The translations under genes were made by a program, and so were the position numbers. This document shows, one piece after another, positions 17,893 through 27,162 of a stretch of 59,897 nt of DNA. The notes below the pieces were generated by a model that saw nothing but the letters and a program-made list of their open reading frames with translations, was not told the DNA's origin and made no database searches. The DNA is from Candidatus Saccharimonadales bacterium (lineage in GTDB: Bacteria > Patescibacteriota > Saccharimonadia > Saccharimonadales > CAIOMD01). How positions within the stretch are numbered: position 1 is the stretch's first letter; each line of letters opens with the position of its first letter. The DNA is taken from positions 1-59,897 of the forward strand of contig JBBRSL010000001.1 in the NCBI GenBank assembly GCA_038245435.1, given 5' to 3'.

Positions 17893-19044
17893 GTGGGGCC
17901 TTCGTCAGGGATGTATGCTAATTTAATGACAAAAAGTACAACAGAACTAAGTAGTGTTGAATCTTTGGATCTGTTTAAGACAAAGCTTCAAGACTATAAA
18001 GTACTCATTGATACAGATATTGCGAACTATTCAAATGGATTCGAAGCACAGAGCGCTGAGCAATTTGGCGAAAACTCTCGTCGTTCTACGGTAGCTTTCA
18101 CAGAGCTATTAAATCGTGGCGGCAAACGTATCCGTGGTGGGCTAACTATGCTCGCCTATGAGATGTTCGGCGGTACCGATAAAGATGTAGCCATAACAGC
18201 AGCTCGCGTTATTGAAATGCTCCAAGCATATGTGCTTATTATTGATGATATTGCCGATCGTAGCCCCTCACGTCGAGGTGGGCCATCAGCACACATGCTT
18301 TTACGTGATTGGCACAAAAAGAATCGGCTTAAAGACGATTCGCAGCACTTTGGTGAATCAATTGCAACGCTTGCCGCTATGCTTGGTAGCCATGCGGCTA
18401 CGTCGCTCGTTAGTGACATTGACGTGCAGGCAGAGTATAAGGTTAACGCGCTCAGAACACTCAACCAAAACTTAATGGTTACAGCACATGGGCAATTTAA
18501 TGACATATTTAACGAAGTGCTCGAAACTGATGATGAATTATCTATCGAAAATGTTTTAGTTTGGAAGACTGCTTACTACACTTTTGTGAGCCCGCTGCAG
18601 TTTGGTGCTGAGCTCGCCGGCGTTGGTAATGGCAAGCTCGAAACACTTGCACAATACGGCTTGCATGCCGGCCGTGCATTCCAGATTGGTGATGATATTG
18701 TAGGCACTTTTAGTAAAGAACAGGAAAGCGGTAAAAGTCCGCACGATGATATCCGTGAAGGTAAACGTACGCTACTTATTGCCTATGCACTCAAGAAATC
18801 AAGTAAAGCTGACGCACATTATTTGCGAAATTGTTTAGGCAAACAAGATTTAACAAATGCTGAGTTTGAGCGCGCTAAAGCAATTATTGAAGATAGTGGC
18901 GCGCTTGAGCATGCACATGTCGAAGCCCAAAAATCTGCCGATGCGGCGTGTAAAGTATTAGCTACTCAGACAGATGGCTGGGACCCGCAATCAGTTGAGT
19001 TTTTGCGGCAGCTCGTGCAGTATTTGGTTATACGTAAATCATAA
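17893..19044 (+). CDS. polyprenyl diphosphate synthase (GGPP synthase-like)
   Basis: First Asp-rich motif IIDDIADRSPSRRG and second motif IGDDIVG. The start is uncertain (GTG 17893, ATG 17911 or ATG 17926). Confidence 0.8.
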   Translation: MGPSSGMYANLMTKSTTELSSVESLDLFKTKLQDYKVLIDTDIANYSNGFEAQSAEQFGENSRRSTVAFTELLNRGGKRIRGGLTMLAYEMFGGTDKDVAITAARVIEMLQAYVLIIDDIADRSPSRRGGPSAHMLLRDWHKKNRLKDDSQHFGESIATLAAMLGSHAATSLVSDIDVQAEYKVNALRTLNQNLMVTAHGQFNDIFNEVLETDDELSIENVLVWKTAYYTFVSPLQFGAELAGVGNGKLETLAQYGLHAGRAFQIGDDIVGTFSKEQESGKSPHDDIREGKRTLLIAYALKKSSKADAHYLRNCLGKQDLTNAEFERAKAIIEDSGALEHAHVEAQKSADAACKVLATQTDGWDPQSVEFLRQLVQYLVIRKS

Positions 19045-19065
19045 AAGGTTCGATGGGAGCTGCGA

Positions 19066-20541
19066 GTGTCTAAGAAAGTAGTGGTTATTGGTGCAGGTTT
19101 TGGTGGTCTAGCGGCCGCTGCGTATTTGGCCCGCGATGGTTATGACGTAACCGTACTCGAAAAGAATGCTCAACCGGGCGGTAGGGCACTCGTGCATAAG
19201 ACCAAAGGTTTTACATTTGACCTTGGCCCCAGTTGGTACATGATGCCCGATGTTTTTGACGATTTCTTTGCTGCATTTGGCAAAAAAACCGGCGATTATT
19301 ATAAGCTCGTACAACTCGACCCTTCGTATCGAGTATTTTCGTCGGGTAATGTGTTTGATGTACATAGCTTGGCGAATGGCGGGCTCGATGTATTCGAAAA
19401 AATAGAGCCTGGTAGTGCCAAAAAGGTTGCAAAGCTACTTAAAAAAACTAAAAAAGAATACGAACTTGTGAGGGGAAGTCTGCTGGATAATACCTACGAA
19501 AATCCGCTTAAAGTAGTTAACTCGGCTTCGCTCCAAATGGCGAGTAATCCGCTGCTGCTTGCCAGCTATCATCGTCGTATTAAGCGAACCGTTTCTCACC
19601 CCGATTTACAAAAGATTCTTGAATTTATGGTGGTATTCATGGGCGGTAGTCCAAAAAATATTCCCGCAATGTACACACTACTCACACATACGGACTTTGG
19701 CCTGGGTATTTGGTACCCGCTTGGAGGTTTTGGGGCCGTTGTGGATGGTTTTGAGACGCTCGGCCGTGAGTTAGGCGTTACGTACCGCTACAACGCAGAA
19801 GTCACGTCTATAGAAGCCACAAGCGGTAAAGTGCAGGCCGTGCATGTCGGTAAAGAGCGTATCGTTTGTGATGCGGTTATCGCTAACGCCGATTATCATC
19901 ATATCGATACAAAATTATTACCCACACAATACCGGAGTCATTCAGATAAGTATTGGGATTCGCGGGTTATGTCACCAAGCGGTGTCTTGCTCCACCTCGG
20001 CATCAACAAACGTGTAAAAAAACTACTACACCATACGATGTTTTTTGATGCAGACTGGGATGCCCATTTTAGGCAAGTATTTGATACGCACGAATGGTCA
20101 GAAAAGCCTCTTTTTTATGTTGGTACGCCGAGCAAATCTGACCCGAGAGTTGCCCCTAAGGGCTGTGAAAATATTTTTATACTTGCACCAATGAGCGGTG
20201 GGGTAGCGCCAACTAAAAAACAAATTGATGCTCTTGTTGATAGCCTCATTGATAGGCTCGAATCTGAACTTGGCGAAAAACTCCGCGATAACATTGTTGT
20301 AAAAGAGATTCGCAGCGAGCAATATTTCGAAGATGCGCTTAATGCATACAAGGGTAACGCCTTTGGTCTCGCGCATACACTCAAGCAGAGTGCCATGCTA
20401 AGGCCGAGCCTAAAAAGTAAGAAGCTAAGCAATCTCGCATATGCTGGCCAATACACAAATCCAGGAACAGGGGTGCCAATGGTCGTCTTATCTGGTAAAC
20501 TAGCGGCACAGATAACTGCGAAGACTTTACGTGAGAACTGA
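19066..20541 (+). CDS. crtI: phytoene desaturase
   Basis: GTG follows GGGAG. N-terminal dinucleotide fold VVVIGAGFGGLAAAAYLARDGYDVTVLEKN, 491 aa, C-terminal GQYTNPGTGVPMV. Confidence 0.85.
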   Translation: MSKKVVVIGAGFGGLAAAAYLARDGYDVTVLEKNAQPGGRALVHKTKGFTFDLGPSWYMMPDVFDDFFAAFGKKTGDYYKLVQLDPSYRVFSSGNVFDVHSLANGGLDVFEKIEPGSAKKVAKLLKKTKKEYELVRGSLLDNTYENPLKVVNSASLQMASNPLLLASYHRRIKRTVSHPDLQKILEFMVVFMGGSPKNIPAMYTLLTHTDFGLGIWYPLGGFGAVVDGFETLGRELGVTYRYNAEVTSIEATSGKVQAVHVGKERIVCDAVIANADYHHIDTKLLPTQYRSHSDKYWDSRVMSPSGVLLHLGINKRVKKLLHHTMFFDADWDAHFRQVFDTHEWSEKPLFYVGTPSKSDPRVAPKGCENIFILAPMSGGVAPTKKQIDALVDSLIDRLESELGEKLRDNIVVKEIRSEQYFEDALNAYKGNAFGLAHTLKQSAMLRPSLKSKKLSNLAYAGQYTNPGTGVPMVVLSGKLAAQITAKTLREN

Positions 20542-21376
20542 AGACCAAATATTTAAAGACGGAAGCACAACCTACTACTGGAGTAGTCGATTTTTCTCGC
20601 CGCACATAAAAGCCGATGTACTAAAGCTGTACAGTTTTGTTCGTATCGCTGATAACTATGTCGACGCAGTCCCGCAAGATATAAAAAGTTTTAAAAAGCT
20701 CGAAAAACTATGGCAAACAAAAAAAGTATCCAATACAGATAATGAACTGAACTTAGCAGTTCGTAACATGATTGACGTTGATGAGCGCTATAATTTTGAT
20801 GCAAAATGGACGGCAGCATTTTTAGACTCAATGCGTATGGATACAAAAGATACACCGTACAAAAAGCAAAAAGATACTCTTAAGTATATTTACGGTTCTG
20901 CCGAAGTTATCGGGCTTATGATGCTGGCAATTTTGCGGCCCGATTTACGAGATGGTGAAGAGGCGAAAAAAGTGCAGCACTACGCTGTACTACAAGGTCG
21001 CGCTATGCAATATATTAATTTTATTCGAGACATCTCAGAAGATATCGAACTCGGACGATGTTACTTTGCGAAAAAAGAATTAGAGTTTTACGGACTCGAT
21101 AATCTAAGTCAAAACAGTGTGCGACGCCACCCTGCTGATTTTCGTGAATTTATGCAGGCGCAAATTAAGCTATACGAGCAGTGGCAGGCCGAGGCAAACA
21201 AGGGTTTCGCCTTTATCCCTTGGCGTGAACGTATTGCGTTGCGCACAGCAGTAGACATGTATAACTGGACTGCCCAAAAGATTGCTGCAGACCCGTTTAT
21301 CGTGTACCAAAAAAAGGTAAAGCCTTCAAAACTACGAGTCATAAGCCGGGCTCTGATACGCTGTATATATGCGTAA
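20531..21376 (+). CDS. crtB: phytoene synthase
   Basis: Overlaps the crtI stop by 11 nt. It has the squalene/phytoene synthase pattern (YSFVRIADNYVD ... YINFIRDISED). Confidence 0.8.
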   Translation: MRTEDQIFKDGSTTYYWSSRFFSPHIKADVLKLYSFVRIADNYVDAVPQDIKSFKKLEKLWQTKKVSNTDNELNLAVRNMIDVDERYNFDAKWTAAFLDSMRMDTKDTPYKKQKDTLKYIYGSAEVIGLMMLAILRPDLRDGEEAKKVQHYAVLQGRAMQYINFIRDISEDIELGRCYFAKKELEFYGLDNLSQNSVRRHPADFREFMQAQIKLYEQWQAEANKGFAFIPWRERIALRTAVDMYNWTAQKIAADPFIVYQKKVKPSKLRVISRALIRCIYA

Positions 21377-22049
21377 TTACATATATCTTATTTTTAACCT
21401 TGCCGTGTTACTGCCGCCACTGTTAATAAGTATTTTTTGTGATGTAAAAACGTATAAAAATTGGCGCGCATTGGGCTTGGCTGTACTGGCTGTTAGTGTG
21501 CCGTTTGTGCTGTGGGATATATGGGCTGCCGCAAATGGCCATTGGTTTTTTAGTAGCAGCTACATAACGGCACCCAGGTACTTCGGTTTGCCGCTCGAAG
21601 AGATTTTATTTTTTATAACAGTACCGTTTGCGATGTGTTTTGTATGGGATGTTTTGGCGAAATATATACCCAATAAGCCTGTTTCGGATATTTTGGCAGC
21701 AACAGCAATATCGCTATTATCGCTTACATCATTTGTGTTACTTTTTGCGCAGTGGGATAGGGGCTATACCCGTTCGGCTGCCATAGCCATGGCGCTATCT
21801 ATTGTGGCAGTAGTAGCAAGCGGCTGGTGGCGTCGGAATCGGTTTTGGTGGTTTCAGCTGTTACTCTTCACGATATTTTTTATCGCGAATACTTTTTTGA
21901 CCGCCTTACCGGTTATTTCATATGGAGTAAACTCGGCGATTGGGTACCGTATTGGGACTATTCCAATCGAAGATTTTTTGTTTAACTTCGCACTCATAAA
22001 TCTCTTTGTAATTGCCTACGATTACGTGTGCCGAAAAACGCAAATGTAA
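21369..22049 (+). CDS. lycopene cyclase domain protein (fused CrtYc/Yd type)
   Basis: Overlaps the crtB stop by 8 nt. 226 aa and polytopic, with two internally similar halves each carrying a PxEE(I/F)LFF-type motif (PLEEILFFITVP ; PIEDFLFNF). Confidence 0.7.
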   Translation: MRNYIYLIFNLAVLLPPLLISIFCDVKTYKNWRALGLAVLAVSVPFVLWDIWAAANGHWFFSSSYITAPRYFGLPLEEILFFITVPFAMCFVWDVLAKYIPNKPVSDILAATAISLLSLTSFVLLFAQWDRGYTRSAAIAMALSIVAVVASGWWRRNRFWWFQLLLFTIFFIANTFLTALPVISYGVNSAIGYRIGTIPIEDFLFNFALINLFVIAYDYVCRKTQM

Positions 22050-22886
22050 TTACTTTGGCAGGGTATTGTTGTGCTCAGCAATAAAGTTTTCAACACTGGT
22101 AAGTTCACCGCGCTTTGGTAGTTTTTTATACCCGGGTCTTCGTTGTAAACCTTCGTCGAGCAAACTAAACATTTGGCGTAAACTTTCGGCTATTTGTGCG
22201 CTTTCTATGACCATGCCAATGGCCTCTTTACCAAATGAAATAATCGAAACCTTATTGCCAAAAACGCTCCACTCAACAGGGGCTGTGTAATCTTCTTGCA
22301 AGTACCAGGTGCGGCTAAGCAGATATTTTTTGTCTGCTTCTTCGACATCTATTGGCACTTCTGGTGCGTCTGGCGTAAAGGCATGCCGGCTGATGTTAGC
22401 CTGGGGGGCTAAGATGCGAATTTCGTGCATAAACTGGAACCCAAAAAACTCAATATCAGCACGCGTCTTTAAAAACTGGATTGGCTTAGCTTCTTCGATT
22501 TGCTCCAAATAGATTTCTTTAATACCTTCTTTGCCCTGGTAAAAGCGAACGCTTGGCTGTTCGTGGGTGGCGTAGTACTGCTTAAGTAGATTTGGTACGG
22601 CTGACTTAAGTTGCGACTCTTCGACTTCGAGCGCATCTTTTCGCTCACGAGCAAGTGTTAGCAAGTGGGCAGGGCTTTCTGCCTGGTAGTGTAGTTTTTT
22701 GCCAATGTCGAATCGCTTAGCAAGCCCACGCTCGACAAGTTCATCGAGTAGCTTATAGGTGTTTGGGCGAGATTCGCCAATAGACAACGCAAATTCACTT
22801 GGGCTAATAGTGTCCACATTGAGTAGTGAAACGTATGCTTTTGCGAGTGAGCCCTGTATGCCTGCGGCGAATAATGATTCTTCCAT
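22050..22886 (-). CDS. TrmB-family transcriptional regulator
   Basis: N-terminal winged HTH (AKAYVSLLNVDTISPSEFALSIGESRPNTYKLLDELVERGLA) and a C-terminal effector-type domain. It is convergent with and abuts the carotenoid operon. Confidence 0.55.
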   Translation of the reverse strand: MEESLFAAGIQGSLAKAYVSLLNVDTISPSEFALSIGESRPNTYKLLDELVERGLAKRFDIGKKLHYQAESPAHLLTLARERKDALEVEESQLKSAVPNLLKQYYATHEQPSVRFYQGKEGIKEIYLEQIEEAKPIQFLKTRADIEFFGFQFMHEIRILAPQANISRHAFTPDAPEVPIDVEEADKKYLLSRTWYLQEDYTAPVEWSVFGNKVSIISFGKEAIGMVIESAQIAESLRQMFSLLDEGLQRRPGYKKLPKRGELTSVENFIAEHNNTLPK

Positions 22887-22984
22887 ATCTGTATACTAGC
22901 ACAAATATACACAAATGTAAATAAAAAAGTGACAAAATAAAGTATTAAATAACAGTAATACATACATATTACGATAAAATAGTA

Positions 22985-23013
22985 TTGACAAAAAGTGTGT
23001 TTTGAAGTATGAT
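22985..23013 (+). promoter_or_regulatory. near-consensus promoter TTGACA-17-TATGAT
   Basis: Hexamers at 22985-22990 and 23008-23013 at the end of a long AT-rich spacer. Confidence 0.65.
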
Positions 23014-23040
23014 AGTACGTATCCTAAAAGGAAGGCTTTT

Positions 23041-23175
23041 ATGAAGGGTGCAACACTCGCAGATGCAGCAATCATGAGCGCAGACATACTCTATACAGAA
23101 ATAGAGCAACTTCGCGCGCAAAACCAAAACTTACAAATCGAAAATCAGCTACTTAAAGCATTAATCGGAGAATAA
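23041..23175 (+). CDS. 44-aa coiled-coil peptide (not in ORF track)
   Basis: AAGGAAGG lies 7 nt upstream of the ATG. Sequence MKGATLADAAIMSADILYTEIEQLRAQNQNLQIENQLLKALIGE shows heptad Leu/Ile spacing. Its stop lies 2 nt before the next ATG. Confidence 0.5.
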   Translation: MKGATLADAAIMSADILYTEIEQLRAQNQNLQIENQLLKALIGE

Positions 23176-23177
23176 TT

Positions 23178-23948
23178 ATGAAGTACGGAAAAAAGGCCGC
23201 CGTTAAACACCCGGCGATTAATGACATGGAATGCTATGGGCTTACGCGCTTTAACGCGCGTGATCCATATTCATTTGGCAGTTTCGTTACAAGTATCGCT
23301 CAAAGGCAGGGTGAAATCTTACCCCTAGAACTCGGCAGGGTTAACTACTTTCAACAGAAGCAGTTTATAGCTGAGCTTGGAGAATCAATAATTGTGCGTG
23401 GTGGTCAAGCGTTCGAACCATATCCAGATGGTACCGCTCGTGAAGCACGCATAGTCGGTAAGGCTGATGTGCATGAAAGCCGGGTTGAGCTACACAGAAA
23501 ATTAAGAATATTTGGCCCATTGGGCGGCGGTGCGCTTAGGGAAAGTGGCATTAGGCTTGTTTTTAGCGACACTGAAGAAGAACAGGATTTTATGCCATTT
23601 ATGTTAGGTGTTACTAAGCCAAACATGAGGACCGGCTCGTACCAAGAGCAAGGTCTCGCCCTTATTTCTGCCGAGGAAATCCTTAAAGCAGAAGAGGTAG
23701 ATGATGGTTATATTAATCGCTTGAGTCACGATTATATTGATAATACGGACCGTAGATATGGCTTTGATTATGGCAAACATGGAAAGCTTGAATCGCACCG
23801 TAAGCAGGAACTTGCAGAAGCAGAGGCCATAGAAGCTGCGAATATCTACGTAACAATGCCAGATGGATCTAAATGGATTCAGTACAGTAGTTTAAGTGGT
23901 TTATCCTACACTGGGCCAGATGATTTAGCCGGTTATTATGATGTATAG
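23178..23948 (+). CDS. hypothetical protein
   Basis: 256 aa. GGAG lies 7 nt upstream. No recognised domain. Confidence 0.6.
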   Translation: MKYGKKAAVKHPAINDMECYGLTRFNARDPYSFGSFVTSIAQRQGEILPLELGRVNYFQQKQFIAELGESIIVRGGQAFEPYPDGTAREARIVGKADVHESRVELHRKLRIFGPLGGGALRESGIRLVFSDTEEEQDFMPFMLGVTKPNMRTGSYQEQGLALISAEEILKAEEVDDGYINRLSHDYIDNTDRRYGFDYGKHGKLESHRKQELAEAEAIEAANIYVTMPDGSKWIQYSSLSGLSYTGPDDLAGYYDV

Positions 23949-23950
23949 AA

Positions 23951-23979
23951 TTGACAAATAAGTAAATATGGAGTATAAT
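23951..23979 (+). promoter_or_regulatory. consensus TTGACA-17-TATAAT inside the operon
   Basis: Hexamers at 23951-23956 and 23974-23979. It overlaps the first two candidate ATGs (23968, 23980) of the next gene, so either it is an internal promoter and the gene starts at ATG 24010, or it is a chance match. Confidence 0.4.
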
Positions 23980-25131
23980 ATGTCATTAGAAATCAACCAA
24001 AAAACAAACATGTCAAAAGAAGTTCGCAGCACACCAGAAGCAATCGGTATCACCACATATCATGTCGGTATAGATACTATTTCTGCCATTACTAAGCTTG
24101 ATGGCGAAGGCAAAATTGGCAATGTTGTCGTCCGTTCATGCCCGGTTTTTAGCGGTGAAAAAGCGGAGCGCAAAAGCCGCATTATCAGTGAACTTACTGC
24201 AGACGGCGAAGATGAAAAAGATGCTACGAAAAAAGCAGAAGGGCTTGCCACTAAAGAAGCCCAGAATTTTTGTTTAGGGGCCTGTGCAATGCGCGCACTT
24301 ACAGTAGAGGCTTACCGTCGTGGCGAAGATCTTGAATGTGCCGAAAAGAATAGTCTTGATGCGCTCGAGCGCTTAGGCGTTTCACCAGAACAGGCAATAT
24401 TTGTTGCTGTAACAGGTGACAGAGTTGGCTTTTCTGATTCATTTGACGACTATGTCGCTGATGGCTCAGGCGTTGTTAACCCAGAAGGTTGGCGCCAGGT
24501 CACTGGCTTTAACTCGTTCTTTAGCGATGTCGCTGAAGCGCCGGCACTTGCACGACGCTTAGCAGATTGTGGCGACGTAAACATGGAATTTAAGACTAAA
24601 GATGGCAAGACGATCATTGGATTTATGCACCTTACACGCCCAGGCCAAACTTTTGGTAAAGACGTGCGCAAGTTTGAATTCGAAGGACAAAAAGTTTCGT
24701 ATGTAGAGCACGCATTACGCGAAGCTGCGGCCCAATACGATATTGATTGGTCTAGTTTTTCTATGACGCTAAGAACGGCAATTGAAGCCGAAGATTTTCA
24801 GAAGCATTTTGACAGCTACGAAGCAATGGAAGGCCACGTACCGGGCTGGCTCGCAGACGGATTTTTAAAGAATGCGACAAATCCAGATTGGAAGCCAGGA
24901 GATGAAATTGTTAAATCGGACACTTTTTACGCTGACTTTAAGGGTATTATTACTCGTGATATCGCAGAAGCTTTCGAGCATTTAAGCCTTTCAAGCGAAC
25001 AGCTCGATATGACTAACATGCTTGAAACCATGCACGACCCATCGCAATCTTCATACGAACGTGCAATGCGTGAAAAAATTCTTGATACGCGTGATTTGTA
25101 TATGACGATTCACCATTCGGCACTACAATAG
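23980..25131 (+). CDS. hypothetical protein, faint YfiH/PgeF (DUF152)-like pattern
   Basis: ORF 23968..25131, with alternative starts at 23968, 23980 and 24010. LADCGDV...IIGFMHLTRPG and the C-terminal SSYERAMRE..TRD loosely recall ADC.P...HAGWRG and FSYRR..TGR of the DUF152 family, but the family Cys is missing. Confidence 0.3.
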   Translation: MSLEINQKTNMSKEVRSTPEAIGITTYHVGIDTISAITKLDGEGKIGNVVVRSCPVFSGEKAERKSRIISELTADGEDEKDATKKAEGLATKEAQNFCLGACAMRALTVEAYRRGEDLECAEKNSLDALERLGVSPEQAIFVAVTGDRVGFSDSFDDYVADGSGVVNPEGWRQVTGFNSFFSDVAEAPALARRLADCGDVNMEFKTKDGKTIIGFMHLTRPGQTFGKDVRKFEFEGQKVSYVEHALREAAAQYDIDWSSFSMTLRTAIEAEDFQKHFDSYEAMEGHVPGWLADGFLKNATNPDWKPGDEIVKSDTFYADFKGIITRDIAEAFEHLSLSSEQLDMTNMLETMHDPSQSSYERAMREKILDTRDLYMTIHHSALQ

Positions 25132-25135
25132 ATTT

Positions 25136-25756
25136 ATGAGCGATAGAATCAAATCAACTCGCGAAACAGATATGGGGGCAGTAGTTATTGTTGATTCAAT
25201 GATGATGCGGCCCGACGCGTTACGGCAGAACCCTGAGTGCCCATGTCCACCCGAAATACTCGAAAAACAAGTGCTACTAACAGTAAGACATGAAGGTTTT
25301 GATAATCGATTGCACGAAGGTCAAATTATTATTGATGGCCGTCTCGAGCACGATCTACGCTCATTTTTCGAACTCGCTACAATGCTCGAGTTTCCAATTG
25401 ATAAAGTTGCTCCGGCCGTACAGTTTAACTGGGGCGACGATGTTTTAATGGATCAAAATATCAGCTCAGGCTTCAATTATCGAACCATTGCCGGCACAAA
25501 CGAAGTTTCGCTCCATGGCAAGGGTATGGCCTTTGATATAAACCCGCGATTAAACCCGTACTATCGGTTTGAAAACGGTCAAGAACTTGTTTCGCCCGAA
25601 GGCGCAATTTACGACACGACTGTACCAGGTACGTTAACCGCAAATCACCCCCTCGTTCTGCATCTTAAATCACTCGGTTGGGAATGGGGCGGTGACTGGT
25701 TGCCCGAATCTGGCCGTGTTGATTATCAGCATTTTCAAAAAAACCTTGGCGAATAA
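25136..25756 (+). CDS. M15 (LAS superfamily) zinc peptidase, D-Ala-D-Ala / L-Ala-D-Glu peptidase-like
   Basis: SLHGKGMAFDINP (H-x6-D zinc ligands) and LGWEWGGDW....VDYQHFQ (the third His), as in VanY and phage M15 endolysin-type peptidases. Confidence 0.7.
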   Translation: MSDRIKSTRETDMGAVVIVDSMMMRPDALRQNPECPCPPEILEKQVLLTVRHEGFDNRLHEGQIIIDGRLEHDLRSFFELATMLEFPIDKVAPAVQFNWGDDVLMDQNISSGFNYRTIAGTNEVSLHGKGMAFDINPRLNPYYRFENGQELVSPEGAIYDTTVPGTLTANHPLVLHLKSLGWEWGGDWLPESGRVDYQHFQKNLGE

Positions 25757-25784
25757 TTGACAAGGGTGCACCGAAGTATATAAT
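25757..25784 (+). promoter_or_regulatory. promoter TTGACA-16-TATAAT
   Basis: Hexamers at 25757-25762 and 25779-25784, immediately after the peptidase stop. Confidence 0.55.
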
Positions 25785-25857
25785 TAAAAGCATAAGTAGC
25801 AAGTGCAATGCTTGCTTGTACCAAAACCAATAACTAAATAAAAAAGGGAAACTACAC

Positions 25858-27087
25858 GTGGACAGCGCAAATGTGCAACCACGGTACTTTGGGGGCCATC
25901 GAAAAAATAACGATGCGCTTTCATCTGCGAGTAGCCACGAACCAGTGGCTGTAGTACTAAGGGAGCAAGCATTAATTAGGGAACTTACCGCAGGGCAAAC
26001 AGCACCTGTAGTTACGCTTGATTTTGCTGCTGGCGCTAAGGCCTACAAAAAATATCGTGCAAAAAGCGGTATTTTTAGAGGCCTTAAAGTTGCGACTAGT
26101 ATCACCATGGTTGTGGTCGTCGTATTGGGCGTTTTTGGTTTTTGGCTCAATCACAAATATGCCGGCCGTGCGCTACCGTTTAGTTACGTTGGCGGTTTAT
26201 CTGTTGGCGGGCTTAATCAAGCTCAAATCAAAGAGGCGCTCGATAATCGAACAAAAGAGTTGAAAGTAACTTTTGTCGATGGTGGTTTAACGCGTACGGT
26301 ACCCGCCAGCATGTTTGGTGCTATCTTTGACACCGCTACTGCTAGCAAACAAATTATCCCCGAATTTAACCCATTTGCCTTCTTGGATAGGCGTAGTATG
26401 GATATCCCTGTTACTATTAAGGACTATCAGGTTGATGGTTATATGCGTATCAATATACACCCAGGCCAAACTAAGCCGAGTGATGCAACTATTATCAAAG
26501 ATAAGACCAAGTTAGCCGTAAAACCGCAGGTGTTAGGCTTTCGCTCCGACCCTAAGTTCGCAGCCGAAAGTATTAAGCGTGGTTTGGCGAACCTAGAAAG
26601 CCCTGTTATCAATGTAAACGCCGTTACGCTTAAGCCAACGGTTGCGGCAACAGATTTAAATGACGATGTTATTAGGGCGAATAAGCTGCTGAGCACTAAT
26701 GTGACCATTGCTTACGGCTACTCAATGAACGTTGTTACACCAGCGCAAAAAATGGCCTGGATGCAGTTTGATACAGCGGGTGGCGGTAAAGATATACAGA
26801 TTAACTTTTCGCGTAGTTTGGTTCGCCAGTTTGTAGTCGATTTAGCTAAAAAGTATCAAACACCTGTACCGGTTTTGCCAACGGCAGTTGCTTCTGCAGA
26901 TGCTGCTGCTGTTGCAGCACCAGTTACGCCACGTGATTCTATCGATAATATCGAGCAAGTCACCGATGCGATTGTAGCAGGGCTTAATAGCGGGCAGGCA
27001 ACGGCGTCTAAGTTTATTGCCAGCAAAGCTGCCGCTCCGCAACCAGTATCGGCATTACCCGAACAAAATCTTGTCGCGAACCGCTAA
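25858..27087 (+). CDS. membrane-anchored extracytoplasmic protein (possible YoaR/VanW N-terminal-like repeats)
   Basis: GTG start. One TM helix (ITMVVVVVLGVFGFWL). VGGLSVGGLNQAQIKEAL resembles peptidoglycan-binding-type repeats of YoaR/VanW-like proteins, but the match is weak. Confidence 0.35.
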   Translation: MDSANVQPRYFGGHRKNNDALSSASSHEPVAVVLREQALIRELTAGQTAPVVTLDFAAGAKAYKKYRAKSGIFRGLKVATSITMVVVVVLGVFGFWLNHKYAGRALPFSYVGGLSVGGLNQAQIKEALDNRTKELKVTFVDGGLTRTVPASMFGAIFDTATASKQIIPEFNPFAFLDRRSMDIPVTIKDYQVDGYMRINIHPGQTKPSDATIIKDKTKLAVKPQVLGFRSDPKFAAESIKRGLANLESPVINVNAVTLKPTVAATDLNDDVIRANKLLSTNVTIAYGYSMNVVTPAQKMAWMQFDTAGGGKDIQINFSRSLVRQFVVDLAKKYQTPVPVLPTAVASADAAAVAAPVTPRDSIDNIEQVTDAIVAGLNSGQATASKFIASKAAAPQPVSALPEQNLVANR

Positions 27088-27162
27088 GTACTTTGGTTAA
27101 CAGGCTACTATCACTTTGGCACCAGGGGTGTATACTTAGTTTAATAAAACAAAGGGTACATT

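Noticed and set aside
23951-23979. Treating the consensus TTGACA-17-TATAAT as definite proof that gene 3 of the orphan operon is a separate transcription unit
   Set aside because: The -10 overlaps the best RBS-supported ATG (23980), which would then lie upstream of the transcription start. Without 5'-end data I kept it only as a candidate internal promoter.
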